IMG/VR virus record: IMGVR_UViG_3300033804_000029
Coordinates: 1,237 to 65,236 of that record
DNA: 64,000 bases
DNA from: a virus
Reading direction: 5' to 3' (one strand)
Of the stretch, positions 9,934 to 19,006 are shown piece by piece; the first letter of the stretch is position 1, and each line of letters starts with the position of its first letter. The position numbers were made by a program, and so were the translations under genes. The notes below the pieces were generated by a model. It saw only the letters and a program-made list of their open reading frames with translations. It ran no database searches and was not told the origin of the DNA.

Positions 9934-10159
9934 GATAATCGCCCGGGCCCTGCTGGCTAATCGCAGGGCCCGTTTTGAGGCGACCACTCCGAAGACCCTG
10001 GATCGGTCCATCATCCGCCGGAAAATCAACAAAGAGCAGGAGTGCCTCCGCCGCCAGACCCAGATAATCCAGATGAAACAGAAGGGGAAGAAGTGGTGGG
10101 GGCCGCCGGAGTGGAAGGGGAGCTATGAGGAGACATTTCGACGTTTCAAAAATGAATGA
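9917..10159 (+). CDS. Hypothetical basic protein
   Basis: Short ORF overlapping both neighbours. Confidence 0.4.
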   Translation: MHPLAEIIARALLANRRARFEATTPKTLDRSIIRRKINKEQECLRRQTQIIQMKQKGKKWWGPPEWKGSYEETFRRFKNE

Positions 10160-10478
10160 TTTGGATCAGTTAATATTAGGTTATGGTCCATCTTATAAAA
10201 TTCACAATTATAAGGGATGGGAAGATACAAGCCAACGAAGTCCTCTTATACGAGAATTACAACTTGGACCAGATGGAATCCTTCATATTATATTCATGGT
10301 TTATAAATTTAATAAAACACCTATAAAATGTGGCAAAAAGAATTTCCATCCATTAGATATGGTAACACACATATTTAATAATTATTATACTGGAGTTCAA
10401 TCTTATTATTTACATGAACAATTAAAATCAAAGGGACAACATATAAGTCAATTTATAACTATTAATTTAGAGGACTAA
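10152..10478 (+). CDS. AT-rich hypothetical protein, paralogue of 35651-35980
   Basis: Shares KIHNYK.W and NYYTGVQSYYL motifs with the 35651 ORF. Confidence 0.6.
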   Translation: MNDLDQLILGYGPSYKIHNYKGWEDTSQRSPLIRELQLGPDGILHIIFMVYKFNKTPIKCGKKNFHPLDMVTHIFNNYYTGVQSYYLHEQLKSKGQHISQFITINLED

Positions 10479-10479
10479 A

Positions 10480-11058
10480 ATGACTTGGGATTTTCGCCGA
10501 GCTAAATACCGGGTGCTGGAGCGGATGCGCTATGACACGCCCGGGGACTGGCATGATGACTTCATTGACGCCTGGGCCGGTCTGCCGGAGCCCTCCCAGG
10601 AGGCGGTGCAGTTCCACGAACTGATCGAGTTCGCCATCATCCGCAAAGCTGGGATTACCCAGGAAGTCATTGATATTATCGACAATTACCGGCTGGCCAG
10701 CCAGCAGTACGCCAAGGACGAGATCGGAATGGAGGCTTTTGCGGAGGCCGCCATCTTGTATGAGGCAATCCCCAAAGCAATTAGGAACCTTTATGACCAG
10801 GCGCACTTCATCGCCCTGCTGGCGGAGCGGGCCTTGATCGAAGCCGGCGGATACACTTGGAAGGACCACGACGATTTCATTGAGGCGACGAGGGGGAAGA
10901 TTCCTGTTGAGAAAGGAGACATTTGCGAAAAATGTGGCCAAGTCATTCATTTTTTTGCTGCAATCGGTGTTACAGAAGGTGAGACTGATTATAAAGATGG
11001 ACCACGAAAGATTTGTGGCTGTCCAGGAAAAAGAATAACTGATTACCATGACTCCTAA
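10480..11058 (+). CDS. Hypothetical protein with C-terminal Zn-ribbon-like motif
   Basis: GAGGA RBS; CEKC...CGC. Confidence 0.55.
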   Translation: MTWDFRRAKYRVLERMRYDTPGDWHDDFIDAWAGLPEPSQEAVQFHELIEFAIIRKAGITQEVIDIIDNYRLASQQYAKDEIGMEAFAEAAILYEAIPKAIRNLYDQAHFIALLAERALIEAGGYTWKDHDDFIEATRGKIPVEKGDICEKCGQVIHFFAAIGVTEGETDYKDGPRKICGCPGKRITDYHDS

Positions 11059-12427
11059 TTCTGAAAGCATCGTCTTCATCTCTGAACACGGCAATTCCTT
11101 GCCCATTGCCCTGGATCTGCAAAGTGAAGGCGTTCCCTGCGGAGTCTATGTCCATGAGCCGGTTTACCGCTCCCTGTACTCGAACATGATGCCCCGGATC
11201 AGCCTGGAGGACCTGCCGGGCCGGATCAAGGCGGCGACCCATGTGGTCATCGACATGGTGCGGCCCAATAATGAGGAGCCGGAGGACCTGGACTTCTTCA
11301 AGATGTTCGGCCTTAATCCCCGGGCCCTGGGAGTCTTTGGGGCTTTCAGCGACAAACTTCGGCGGCAGTACCCCGATAAGACCATCATCAACGGTGGCCG
11401 CTTCCCGGAGCGGGTGGAACTGAACCGGGAGGAAGGGTTCGCCCTGGCCCGGCGCCTGGGCTTTAAGATTCCCGAGTACCACAAATTTAATTCGCTCAAG
11501 GAAGGGGCCAAGTTCCTCCACTCCGGGCCGGGGAAGGGTCGGCGGTGGGTGATCAAGCCCAACGGCAACGTCCCCCTGGACTTGACCTATACCTCTACCT
11601 TCAAGAACGGCGAAGATATCCTGGACCTGCTGACCCATGTTTATCCGGCCCGGTTCGGGACCGATGAAGTGGAATACCTTCTGCAAATCTTCATCGAAGA
11701 GGGGGTGGAGCTTTCCAGCGCCATTATCTTTGATAAGGGTCGGATCGTCAGCGCCAACCGGACCTTTGAGAGCAAGAAGTTCATCGAGGGGGACAAGGGG
11801 CCTAACGTCGGCAGCGCCAGTAACACCGTCTGGCAGTGCAAGGATGCTGAGGGGATAGTCCACAAGGAAATGCAGGGGCTACTGCCGTACATCGGCGACC
11901 TCCGAGGGGAGGCGGACGCCAATTGCATCATCACCAAGAACGGCGACTTAAACTTCCTTGAATGGACCATGTTTCGCATGGGGCTGGACGCCATTTATTG
12001 CCAAATGGCCCAGATAAAGCCCGGCCAGCGGGCTCTATGGTGGATCCGGGGCTTCAAGGCGAAATACCGGCCAGGCTTTGCCGCTTCCCAGCGCCTCACG
12101 TTGTGGCCGGCGCCCCGGGTGAAAACCGAGTCCGACCGCAAGGAGATTCGGGGCAACCTGATCAATCATCCTCTAAAAGACCTGAAAGGCTGGTGGCTGG
12201 AGGATGTGCAGGTGGACGCCCAGGGGAAGCTGCGGGTCGCCGGGGCTGACGGCCTGGTGGGAGTGGTGACTGCGGTGGGCGACACCATGGAGGAGGCCAT
12301 TGCCGCAGTCCAGAAAGAATGTGAGCAGATCGAGGTGGTAGGCAATCGCCAATGGCGCACGGATCACGCGGAGAAGCACTTAGAAAGGATGGAAAAGCTC
12401 AGGAAGTGGGGGATTCAGGTTTTTTAA
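11048..12427 (+). CDS. PurD-like ATP-grasp ligase
   Basis: ELNREEG..GFKIPEY..WVIKPNG..LLQIFIEEGVELS..FESKKF.EGDKGPNVG..FLEWT.R; lacks the PurD GGREHA motif. Confidence 0.75.
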   Translation: MTPNSESIVFISEHGNSLPIALDLQSEGVPCGVYVHEPVYRSLYSNMMPRISLEDLPGRIKAATHVVIDMVRPNNEEPEDLDFFKMFGLNPRALGVFGAFSDKLRRQYPDKTIINGGRFPERVELNREEGFALARRLGFKIPEYHKFNSLKEGAKFLHSGPGKGRRWVIKPNGNVPLDLTYTSTFKNGEDILDLLTHVYPARFGTDEVEYLLQIFIEEGVELSSAIIFDKGRIVSANRTFESKKFIEGDKGPNVGSASNTVWQCKDAEGIVHKEMQGLLPYIGDLRGEADANCIITKNGDLNFLEWTMFRMGLDAIYCQMAQIKPGQRALWWIRGFKAKYRPGFAASQRLTLWPAPRVKTESDRKEIRGNLINHPLKDLKGWWLEDVQVDAQGKLRVAGADGLVGVVTAVGDTMEEAIAAVQKECEQIEVVGNRQWRTDHAEKHLERMEKLRKWGIQVF

Positions 12428-12860
12428 GATGGCCGAGATCACATTCATCGCAACGAAAATCTAACCATAATCCCTTTCCATCTATTATCCATTCTGCCTC
12501 AACCCATTTATCACAAGCAGGACAGCGGGTTTTCCCTTTCATGCCAGCTTGGGGATTGGCAACTTCATTAAGATCAACAATAAGAGGAGCTATTTGTCTT
12601 CGTTTCTTGCGCTTTAATTCTTTCGGCGATGCTTCTCTTTCAGCAACTTCAATTTGAAAAATTGAGTCATCAAAAACCGGTTCTTCCGGTTCCCGCCAGA
12701 TCAGTTTGGCTCCCTGCCCAAAACACCACATAACCCGGCCCGGATTTTCCGCCTCATATTTTTCACAGATCATATTAACGAGAGCATCCAGAGTTTGGAG
12801 AAATCCCGGAGGAAATTCTACTGGAATCGGGAAAACAACTTCGATCTTTGAAACTTTCAT
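12399..12860 (-). CDS. Hypothetical protein with C-terminal Zn ribbon
   Basis: CPAC...CDEC; ATGA-coupled to the upstream ORF. Confidence 0.55.
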   Translation of the reverse strand: MKVSKIEVVFPIPVEFPPGFLQTLDALVNMICEKYEAENPGRVMWCFGQGAKLIWREPEEPVFDDSIFQIEVAEREASPKELKRKKRRQIAPLIVDLNEVANPQAGMKGKTRCPACDKWVEAEWIIDGKGLWLDFRCDECDLGHLKKPESPTS

Positions 12861-13027
12861 CTCAGGATTCTCCACGCGGTTGCAATTACCATGAGCAGGA
12901 TGATCCCCAGCACAAAGACCATGATCTTGGTGATAATCACCAAGTTCTTGGTTTTGCGGTTTAATTCAGTTATTGTTGTTTTTAGATAGGTCATGTCAGC
13001 AAGAATCTGGTCACCAATCCACTCCAT
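12857..13027 (-). CDS. Small membrane protein (56 aa)
   Basis: GGAGG RBS; C-terminal TM segment IMVFVLGIILLMVIATAW. Confidence 0.5.
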   Translation of the reverse strand: MEWIGDQILADMTYLKTTITELNRKTKNLVIITKIMVFVLGIILLMVIATAWRILR

Positions 13028-13043
13028 CTTTCCCTCCAGGGAT

Positions 13044-13068
13044 GCCCCGCCAGTTTCCCGGCGGGGCG
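13044..13068. terminator. GC-rich hairpin downstream of bet
   Basis: GCCCCGCC...GGCGGGGC inverted repeat. Confidence 0.4.
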
Positions 13069-13084
13069 GTTTAATTGTCTTGGA

Positions 13085-14329
13085 TTAAGCCTCCGCCAGC
13101 TTCGCCTCGATCTCGGCGATGTTCTCGGCGGTGAGGTCTTTCTTTCCGGCGATGCCCAGGGCGGCCTTCATGTCTTTCAGCTTGGGATATTTATCGACTG
13201 CCATCTGCCAGACTCGATCAATCCTCTGTTGCAAGCTTTCTTCTTCTGCCGGTTCGGGCCTACCCGTAGCAGCGGCTCCGGGCGGCGGCGCCTCCGCGCC
13301 AGCCGGTCCTTCCGCTGATTCATCTTTTAGCGGCAATTTCTTTTCATTCCAGGGATGCTCCGGCAGCGTCTCCCAATTAAGAAAGCGTTTCCAGAAACCG
13401 GGCTGCTCCACCGCCAATTTATCTTTTTTGGCTTGCTCTTCGGGGATGGTATAAGGCTCGAAATATGGTGCCGCTTCGGCCATTATCCTTTCGGGAGTCC
13501 AAGTTTCCTTTTTGCTGTACTTGGCTTTCCTCTCGGCACTTTCTTGGAGATAGACCAGCAAGTGCGCGGCGCAAATCTTTTGCCGGTCGGCGTCCATCTC
13601 CCTGAGCTTGGCGTCCACCAACTCGTGGAATTTAGTGGTGTCGTAGGTCGGCGGCGGGGCCGGAGGCTCTTCAGCAAGGGGCTCTAACTGAGAAGCCGCG
13701 GTTAGGAGTTCGCTGATCTCCCCCAATTCTTCGGCGGCCACTGTGCCCCGGAATTCATCAGGCCACAATTCCCGGAGGCCCTGGCTCTCGGCAACCTTGC
13801 GAATCATGGTGGGCTGCATTTCCTTCCGCCAGAACCGGGTAATAGCACCGGAGGAGGTCTTTTTGATATAGCCCTCCAGGGAGACTTCCAAATCGAACTC
13901 CACTTCCCATTTTTTGGGCTGGGCGGTAAACCAGCCCCCCACCAACTCTTCGTCAGAGAGAACCAAGCCGCTGGTCCGGCGGATATTGCCGTCTTTCCCC
14001 CGGACGATCACCCCTGATTTCCAGCCGACGCAATCCTCCTGGGCCCGGGCCCGGCTGCGGTAGAAATCAATGGAAGTGATGATGGCGGCGGGATCGTCCT
14101 GGGTATATTTGATCAGGTAGCATTCCCGGGCAAAGGGGTTGAGGCCCCGGGCCTTGCAGACGCCCATGAAAAAGATGAGTTCCTGGAGGCTCACCAGTTC
14201 CTTCTTGCCGGTCACTAGGTAATTGCGGACCACTTCCAGGGTCAGGGTGATCTCCAGGCCGCTTCGACTTTTGTAGGCCACAAACTCGTGGTCCCGAGTG
14301 GCCGGGACGGATGCAGTAGGTTTAGCCAT
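13085..14329 (-). CDS. bet: Phage single-strand annealing recombinase Bet/RecT family
   Basis: CKARGLNPFARECYLIKY, MIRKVAESQGLRELWP motifs. Confidence 0.9.
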   Translation of the reverse strand: MAKPTASVPATRDHEFVAYKSRSGLEITLTLEVVRNYLVTGKKELVSLQELIFFMGVCKARGLNPFARECYLIKYTQDDPAAIITSIDFYRSRARAQEDCVGWKSGVIVRGKDGNIRRTSGLVLSDEELVGGWFTAQPKKWEVEFDLEVSLEGYIKKTSSGAITRFWRKEMQPTMIRKVAESQGLRELWPDEFRGTVAAEELGEISELLTAASQLEPLAEEPPAPPPTYDTTKFHELVDAKLREMDADRQKICAAHLLVYLQESAERKAKYSKKETWTPERIMAEAAPYFEPYTIPEEQAKKDKLAVEQPGFWKRFLNWETLPEHPWNEKKLPLKDESAEGPAGAEAPPPGAAATGRPEPAEEESLQQRIDRVWQMAVDKYPKLKDMKAALGIAGKKDLTAENIAEIEAKLAEA

Positions 14330-14396
14330 GATGACACCTCGCTATGGTTTGGGGCAGGTCGCCCTCAACGATGTGATCGGTGAGTTCTCGCATCGG

Positions 14397-14909
14397 TTAT
14401 TCCTCCTCTCCCAGGTCCAGCCCGCGCTGGCGTTCCTCCGGGGTCATGTCCCGCTTGCGGACTTCCTCGTTGGTGTCCAGGCGGATCACGGTGATGGTGT
14501 TCGCCTGGTAATCCTTAATCAACTGGCACTCCACGGGCCGCCATTCGTGACCGGCGTTGATCTTCTCGGAGATCTCATTGACAATGGCCTGCTCCTTGTC
14601 GATCTCGGCTCCTAACTGCGACTTCACCGATTTAAGCTGGTCCTGCAGCCGGCCAATGGCCGCTAAGGAGCGGGCCAGTTCCTTGGAGAGTTCGACGATC
14701 TTTGCCGAACTTAACGGGGCTTCCAGGGTTTCGGTGACGGTGATTACCTCCAAGGTAGGCACCGCCTCAGCAGCTAAGTCCTGCAAGGTCGGGTCGCCGG
14801 TGCCTGGCTGGCCTTCCCCCGTGTAGCCGGGAACGGTGCCTTCTGGCTCCTGTCCCGGCTCCATGAACGGATCAGGCTGTTGTTTTGGTAAATTCTTTTT
14901 TTTGCTCAT
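14397..14909 (-). CDS. Hypothetical coiled-coil phage protein
   Basis: GGAGG RBS; G.E.R.VEC..RLDTNEEVR.R.MT.EERQ motif. Confidence 0.6.
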   Translation of the reverse strand: MSKKKNLPKQQPDPFMEPGQEPEGTVPGYTGEGQPGTGDPTLQDLAAEAVPTLEVITVTETLEAPLSSAKIVELSKELARSLAAIGRLQDQLKSVKSQLGAEIDKEQAIVNEISEKINAGHEWRPVECQLIKDYQANTITVIRLDTNEEVRKRDMTPEERQRGLDLGEEE

Positions 14910-14918
14910 GTCGCCTCC

Positions 14919-15107
14919 TTATAGATATTTGTTCAAGTAATCATTACGATGATATTTTAATATTGCCCGCCGAATAATTTTCATCCTGTTTCTATCTGGC
15001 CAAGCTGGATGGATAATAAGAAATTCCAACATAATGAGATTGGCCATAACTCCTCGGAAATGAGGCAAAATATTTTTAAGTTTAGAGTTTTTAAATTTAA
15101 CTTTCAT
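14919..15107 (-). CDS. AT-rich hypothetical protein
   Basis: 62-aa ORF filling the gap in the leftward operon. Confidence 0.35.
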   Translation of the reverse strand: MKVKFKNSKLKNILPHFRGVMANLIMLEFLIIHPAWPDRNRMKIIRRAILKYHRNDYLNKYL

Positions 15108-15120
15108 GGTAATTTCATTA

Positions 15121-15429
15121 CTACCTTCTTAAAAGTTCCGCCCTTTTAGCCATTAGGCCCTGGGCCAGCCTCAAGGCCTCTTCATCAGTAAATGCGACCC
15201 AGGAAAGCAAGGTGCCGAAATCAAGAAGAATCCGGCCTTCAACAATGCCGAGCCGCATCCTCAGTTCGCCCTTATCGTCTGGATGAAGCTGGCCTTTGGG
15301 GAATTGGCCGGTGGGACCAAGGCCGGGGCCGGTCTGCGGTCGTAGCTCCGGATGCTTTTCAGCAAGCCTGGCGAGCACATCAGGATCGTCAATCATAAAC
15401 CCCTTGGGGCCATCGCCGTGGTGGGCCAT
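15121..15429 (-). CDS. Hypothetical phage protein
   Basis: LGPTGQFPKGQL..DD.GEL..LDFG..SWV motif. Confidence 0.6.
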   Translation of the reverse strand: MAHHGDGPKGFMIDDPDVLARLAEKHPELRPQTGPGLGPTGQFPKGQLHPDDKGELRMRLGIVEGRILLDFGTLLSWVAFTDEEALRLAQGLMAKRAELLRR

Positions 15430-15728
15430 CAGTCAATCCTTGTGTAACCTTCCTCAAAGGCCTTGGCCGGGCTCCATGACTCAAAGCCATCTTTGTAGCG
15501 CACATAGTAGCCGCCTACCGGAGAAGGACCGCCCCGATGCTTTAGTTCATTAGAGACTTGAATCCAACCTATGGTTTCGAGACACCAATCAACTCCGCTG
15601 TAATTTTGAATGATCTCCGTATCCCGATCCGGTGGGCTGCTTCTTTCTCCGACAACTTTGTCAGCCCAAACTTCCTTATAGCAGCGATAATTCGGGGACC
15701 ATTTTGCCGGTGCGTCCTCTGAGATCAT
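15429..15728 (-). CDS. Hypothetical phage protein (ESWSPAKAFEEGY family)
   Basis: Y.C.K.V.A and GGYYVRYKDGFESWSPAKAFEEGY motifs. Confidence 0.65.
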   Translation of the reverse strand: MISEDAPAKWSPNYRCYKEVWADKVVGERSSPPDRDTEIIQNYSGVDWCLETIGWIQVSNELKHRGGPSPVGGYYVRYKDGFESWSPAKAFEEGYTRID

Positions 15729-15736
15729 AATGCCTC

Positions 15737-16501
15737 CTAAACGCGAAATTTAGTTTCAAAATCTTCTGTGACCTTGAGGCCGGGGAAATCTCGGATGCCG
15801 GCCTTGAAGTCTTCCTTCACCTTTTTCTCATCCAAGGTGCGGATGAGGTACTTGGATTCCACCAAGTCCAGATTCAGGACTTCGATGTTGATCTCTTTTT
15901 TCTGGGAAACCGTGCCTTCGGCGACTCGGGTTTTTTGGGGCACAGGGGCCACCACCACCGGCGGCGCCTCGACCGGAGTATAAACCACGCCTTGCTTCGC
16001 CGCAGCTTCGGCCTCCGCCTTCTGCCGGGCCTGGAGTTCCTCCTGCTCTTTTTTCAGGGCGGCTTCCCGGGCCCGGCGCTCGGTTTCCAAAACCTGGGCG
16101 TCATAGACCTTAATGACCCGCCCCAACCGTTTCTCTTCCACTTCCGCCGGGCTACTGAACTGGTTGGCACAGGAGCGAATCTCCGCCACGGCGTTCAGCA
16201 GGGGCCGCTTATAGTGCTCCTCCAGGCGGTTAAGGTGCTTGCCGAATTTTTTCAACCGCAGCCCGACATTGGCGGCAGTGATCTTTCCGGCCTCATCGGT
16301 GATGGTGGTGATTGCCTTGGCTTCATTGAGGAGCAGACGGAATTCCGTTTCGGCCCGGACGATGGCGGCCACGGCTGGCTGGGTGGAGATGGCGGGGAGG
16401 GGAGCCAGGGGGCTTTCCACTACCCGGGGCTCCTGGACCGGAATTTCTTCTTCCGGTTCGGGAGCCGCACCTTCAACATAATCGGCGAAAGGGTCGGGCA
16501 T
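15737..16501 (-). CDS. Coiled-coil recombination-module protein (Gp157/Gam-like)
   Basis: Long helix ending LDEKKVKE..GIRDFPGLKV; adjacent to exonuclease. Confidence 0.55.
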   Translation of the reverse strand: MPDPFADYVEGAAPEPEEEIPVQEPRVVESPLAPLPAISTQPAVAAIVRAETEFRLLLNEAKAITTITDEAGKITAANVGLRLKKFGKHLNRLEEHYKRPLLNAVAEIRSCANQFSSPAEVEEKRLGRVIKVYDAQVLETERRAREAALKKEQEELQARQKAEAEAAAKQGVVYTPVEAPPVVVAPVPQKTRVAEGTVSQKKEINIEVLNLDLVESKYLIRTLDEKKVKEDFKAGIRDFPGLKVTEDFETKFRV

Positions 16502-17074
16502 TTATTTCTCCTTGAAAAACTTGTGAACTGTCAGGCATGCGTGGAAGACCATTAACAGATAATTCAGGCGGTCGGTCATTTCCGCCACCTTGGGGAGTTT
16601 GCCGTCGGGTTGCAGGCGCAGGCAGCCGGCCCGGCGAATATCAATATTATTTTTAAGAGTCAAGCCATAATAGCCGCCGATCTGGGCCTCCCAAGTGGGA
16701 AGGATGATTTGGCCGCTTTTGAAATCCCATAAACTAAGGTCTTTGTCCCTTTTTAGGATGCAGATTATATCCGGGGTGCCTTGATACCCCCGGTCCTTAT
16801 CCACCAGTTTCTTCTCCGCTAGGTGAACCTTTACCACATAGCGGTCCAGCCAGCGGCGGCCGGAGTCGAAGTAGCCCTGGAATTTTTCCGGGACCTCCTC
16901 CGGGGCGATCCACAGGCCCAGGGCGTGGCGGGCCAGGACGGAGTGGAGCAGCAAGCCCCGGTCCGCCGCGGCCTCCAGGGTCTCCGGGGCTATGCGGGAG
17001 AAGTCTTCATAGGGCTTCAAGACCTCTGTAACCGAGGGAAAACCCCTTTCCCCTTCTTTGCTGCCGCAGGTCAT
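16502..17074 (-). CDS. PD-(D/E)XK exonuclease (Cas4/RecE-like)
   Basis: PSVTEVL, RGLLLH, GYQGTPDII, LWDFKSG, QIGGY motifs. Confidence 0.85.
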   Translation of the reverse strand: MTCGSKEGERGFPSVTEVLKPYEDFSRIAPETLEAAADRGLLLHSVLARHALGLWIAPEEVPEKFQGYFDSGRRWLDRYVVKVHLAEKKLVDKDRGYQGTPDIICILKRDKDLSLWDFKSGQIILPTWEAQIGGYYGLTLKNNIDIRRAGCLRLQPDGKLPKVAEMTDRLNYLLMVFHACLTVHKFFKEK

Positions 17075-17077
17075 AAA

Positions 17078-17282
17078 ACCTCACGAACCCTGGGGGCCGG
17101 ATTCTTAGTATCCGGCTATGGGGTTTTCTTTCCCGCTACTTTGCCTTGCGCTAGGCGTTTCGCAGTACGTCGGATAGTCGGACCAACTTACGGGCTGCGC
17201 GATTCGCGGTTACCGTTTGTTCTTTTCCGCCCCATTACCACCTATAGGCTCCCGGTTCCCTCCGGGCCGCCCCAGGGTTTTC
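17078..17282 (-). ncRNA. Candidate structured RNA / leader
   Basis: 10-bp closing helix AACCCTGGGG/CCCCAGGGTT enclosing several nested helices, downstream of a TTGCAA-N17-TATGGT promoter. Confidence 0.4.
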
Positions 17283-17285
17283 CTC

Positions 17286-17396
17286 ACCATAAATGGTTTT
17301 GGAGAGGATTGCAAGAATTTTTTTAATTTCCCATAAAAAATTATTTCGGCTTTTCTCAAAAAAATTCTTGACCTGAATTTCAGTTTATTTTAAAGT
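17286..17396. promoter_or_regulatory. Divergent sigma70-like promoters
   Basis: Leftward TTGCAA-N17-TATGGT; rightward TTGACC-N17-TAAAGT; AT-rich spacer. Confidence 0.55.
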
Positions 17397-17402
17397 GGCG
17401 AC

Positions 17403-17609
17403 ATGAAGCTCAGCGAGTGGCTCCAGAAGTCCGGCATCAAACCTTCCCGATTCGCCAAGGAAATCGGCATCAGTCCCGCCACCATTTGCGCATTTCTCCA
17501 AGGGAAAAGCGGATTAAGTTTAGAAACCGCCAAAACTATATCCAAAGGAACTTATGGAGCCGTAAGCTTAGAGGATTTGACTAAAGAACATGAAGTGCAA
17601 AGTCACTAG
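17403..17609 (+). CDS. Cro-like XRE HTH regulator
   Basis: MKLSEWL..FAKEIGISPATI..G..SLETAKTI..T.GAV. Confidence 0.85.
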   Translation: MKLSEWLQKSGIKPSRFAKEIGISPATICAFLQGKSGLSLETAKTISKGTYGAVSLEDLTKEHEVQSH

Positions 17610-17796
17610 GCGGGAGGATGAGAAGGCCCGGAAGGTCTGCCCTATATCCCGGAAGCTATCTTATCGGACCCAGGGAGCGGCGGAGCGGGCTCTGAAAACC
17701 GCGCAGGAGAGAGGGCGGCCGGAAAATCGTTTTTACATCTGCCCGCTCTGCGGGTTTTACCACCTGTCCAGCCAGGAGAAGAAGGCTAAAAAATGA
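17590..17796 (+). CDS. Small Zn-finger protein
   Basis: C..K.SY....A...Y.CPLCGFYHLS. Confidence 0.65.
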   Translation: MKCKVTRREDEKARKVCPISRKLSYRTQGAAERALKTAQERGRPENRFYICPLCGFYHLSSQEKKAKK

Positions 17797-18260
17797 GCCC
17801 CAAAGGTAAACGCGACCCAGAAACCACCTTCCTAAGCAGAACCAATGTCTCTCCCGAGAAGACCGCAGCCGAAATTCAGGAGCTTTTGGGGGCTCGGGGC
17901 GCCCGGCGGGTGATGACAGAGTACCAAAACAATGAAATCTCTGGCCTTTCTTTCTCTTTACTGATTCAGAATCGAGAAGTGCTTTTTCGGCTGCCAGTGC
18001 GCTGGCGGGAGCACTTTAAGGTTCTCCAGGAGACCTCCCGGAAGAAAAAGCGGGGAAAGTATTTCGTGGATCAGGCTCAGGCCCGGCGGACAGCTTGGCG
18101 GGTCGCCAAGGCTTGGCTTGAGGCGCAACTGGCCCTGATTGCTTCGGGGATGGCGGACTTGGAAGAAGTGATGCTGCCTTATTCAGTACAGGGAATCGAA
18201 GGCCAGACGCTTTACGAAAAATTGAAAGAAACCGGGTTTTTACTGGAGTACAAAGAATGA
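17793..18260 (+). CDS. Conserved hypothetical phage protein
   Basis: KT..EIQ.LL..GA; QA.R.AWR..K.WLEAQLA; EVMLPY. Confidence 0.65.
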   Translation: MSPKGKRDPETTFLSRTNVSPEKTAAEIQELLGARGARRVMTEYQNNEISGLSFSLLIQNREVLFRLPVRWREHFKVLQETSRKKKRGKYFVDQAQARRTAWRVAKAWLEAQLALIASGMADLEEVMLPYSVQGIEGQTLYEKLKETGFLLEYKE

Positions 18261-19006
18261 GCCCCACTAAAATCGAATACGCCAACGAAACTCTGAACCC
18301 CCAAGGGTGGGGATGTTGGGGACCCGGAGGGACCCCGGACAATCCGCAGCGGTGCTGGTACTGCTACGCCTGGCGCATGGCCCGGCGGCACCTGCGAAAA
18401 TGTGAATCCTGCTACCAATTCATCCCCCACTGGCACGAAGGCGTGATTGGCAGAGCCCTCAGTTGGAAGAAGCCCCGACGAATATTCTGGCAGGACATGG
18501 GCGACCTCTTCCATCCCTGCACCCCCCGGGAAGAAATTGATCTGGTCTTAACCACGATCAAATATACCGCGCAGCACACCCATATCTTCCTCACCAAAAA
18601 CCCGGCCCGCTACCAGGAGTTCAACCCATGGCCCGAAAACTGCTGGCTGGGGGCAACGATCACGAATCAGGAAGACGCTGATAGCCGAACCCAAGAATTA
18701 TTTAAAGCTGATGCCCGGATTAAATTTTTGTCCGCTGAACCTCTATTGGGGGAAATTTATCTGGGAAGGGCTGCCGGTCTTTATGTTCGGATTGATCAAA
18801 GCAGGGGACCAGGAAATCTCGATATAAGCATTCCTTCTTTACGTTGGCTCATCATCGGCGCCACGACCGGCCCCGGCTCCAAAGATCACAAACCGAAGCC
18901 CGAGTGGGTGCAATCACTCATTGACCAGGCCCGCGCCGCCGGAGTAGCACTATTCCTTAAAGACAATCTTAACTGGCCGGAAAAGATTCAGGAGTATCCC
19001 CATTAG
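18257..19006 (+). CDS. DUF5131 / Gp37Gp68 radical-SAM-like protein
   Basis: TKIEY..T.NP..GC, CWYCYA, DMGDLFH, FLTKNP, FLSAEPLLG, WLIIG. Confidence 0.9.
   Translation: MSPTKIEYANETLNPQGWGCWGPGGTPDNPQRCWYCYAWRMARRHLRKCESCYQFIPHWHEGVIGRALSWKKPRRIFWQDMGDLFHPCTPREEIDLVLTTIKYTAQHTHIFLTKNPARYQEFNPWPENCWLGATITNQEDADSRTQELFKADARIKFLSAEPLLGEIYLGRAAGLYVRIDQSRGPGNLDISIPSLRWLIIGATTGPGSKDHKPKPEWVQSLIDQARAAGVALFLKDNLNWPEKIQEYPH

Noticed and set aside
11048-12427. Calling the ATP-grasp gene purD
   Set aside because: The N-terminal substrate-binding motif is missing and there is no purine operon context.
17085-17235. tRNA- or tmRNA-like appearance (GGGGCGG start, T-arm-like hairpin, CCCCA)
   Set aside because: No TTCGA loop, D-arm, anticodon arm or tag ORF; kept only as a generic structured RNA candidate.
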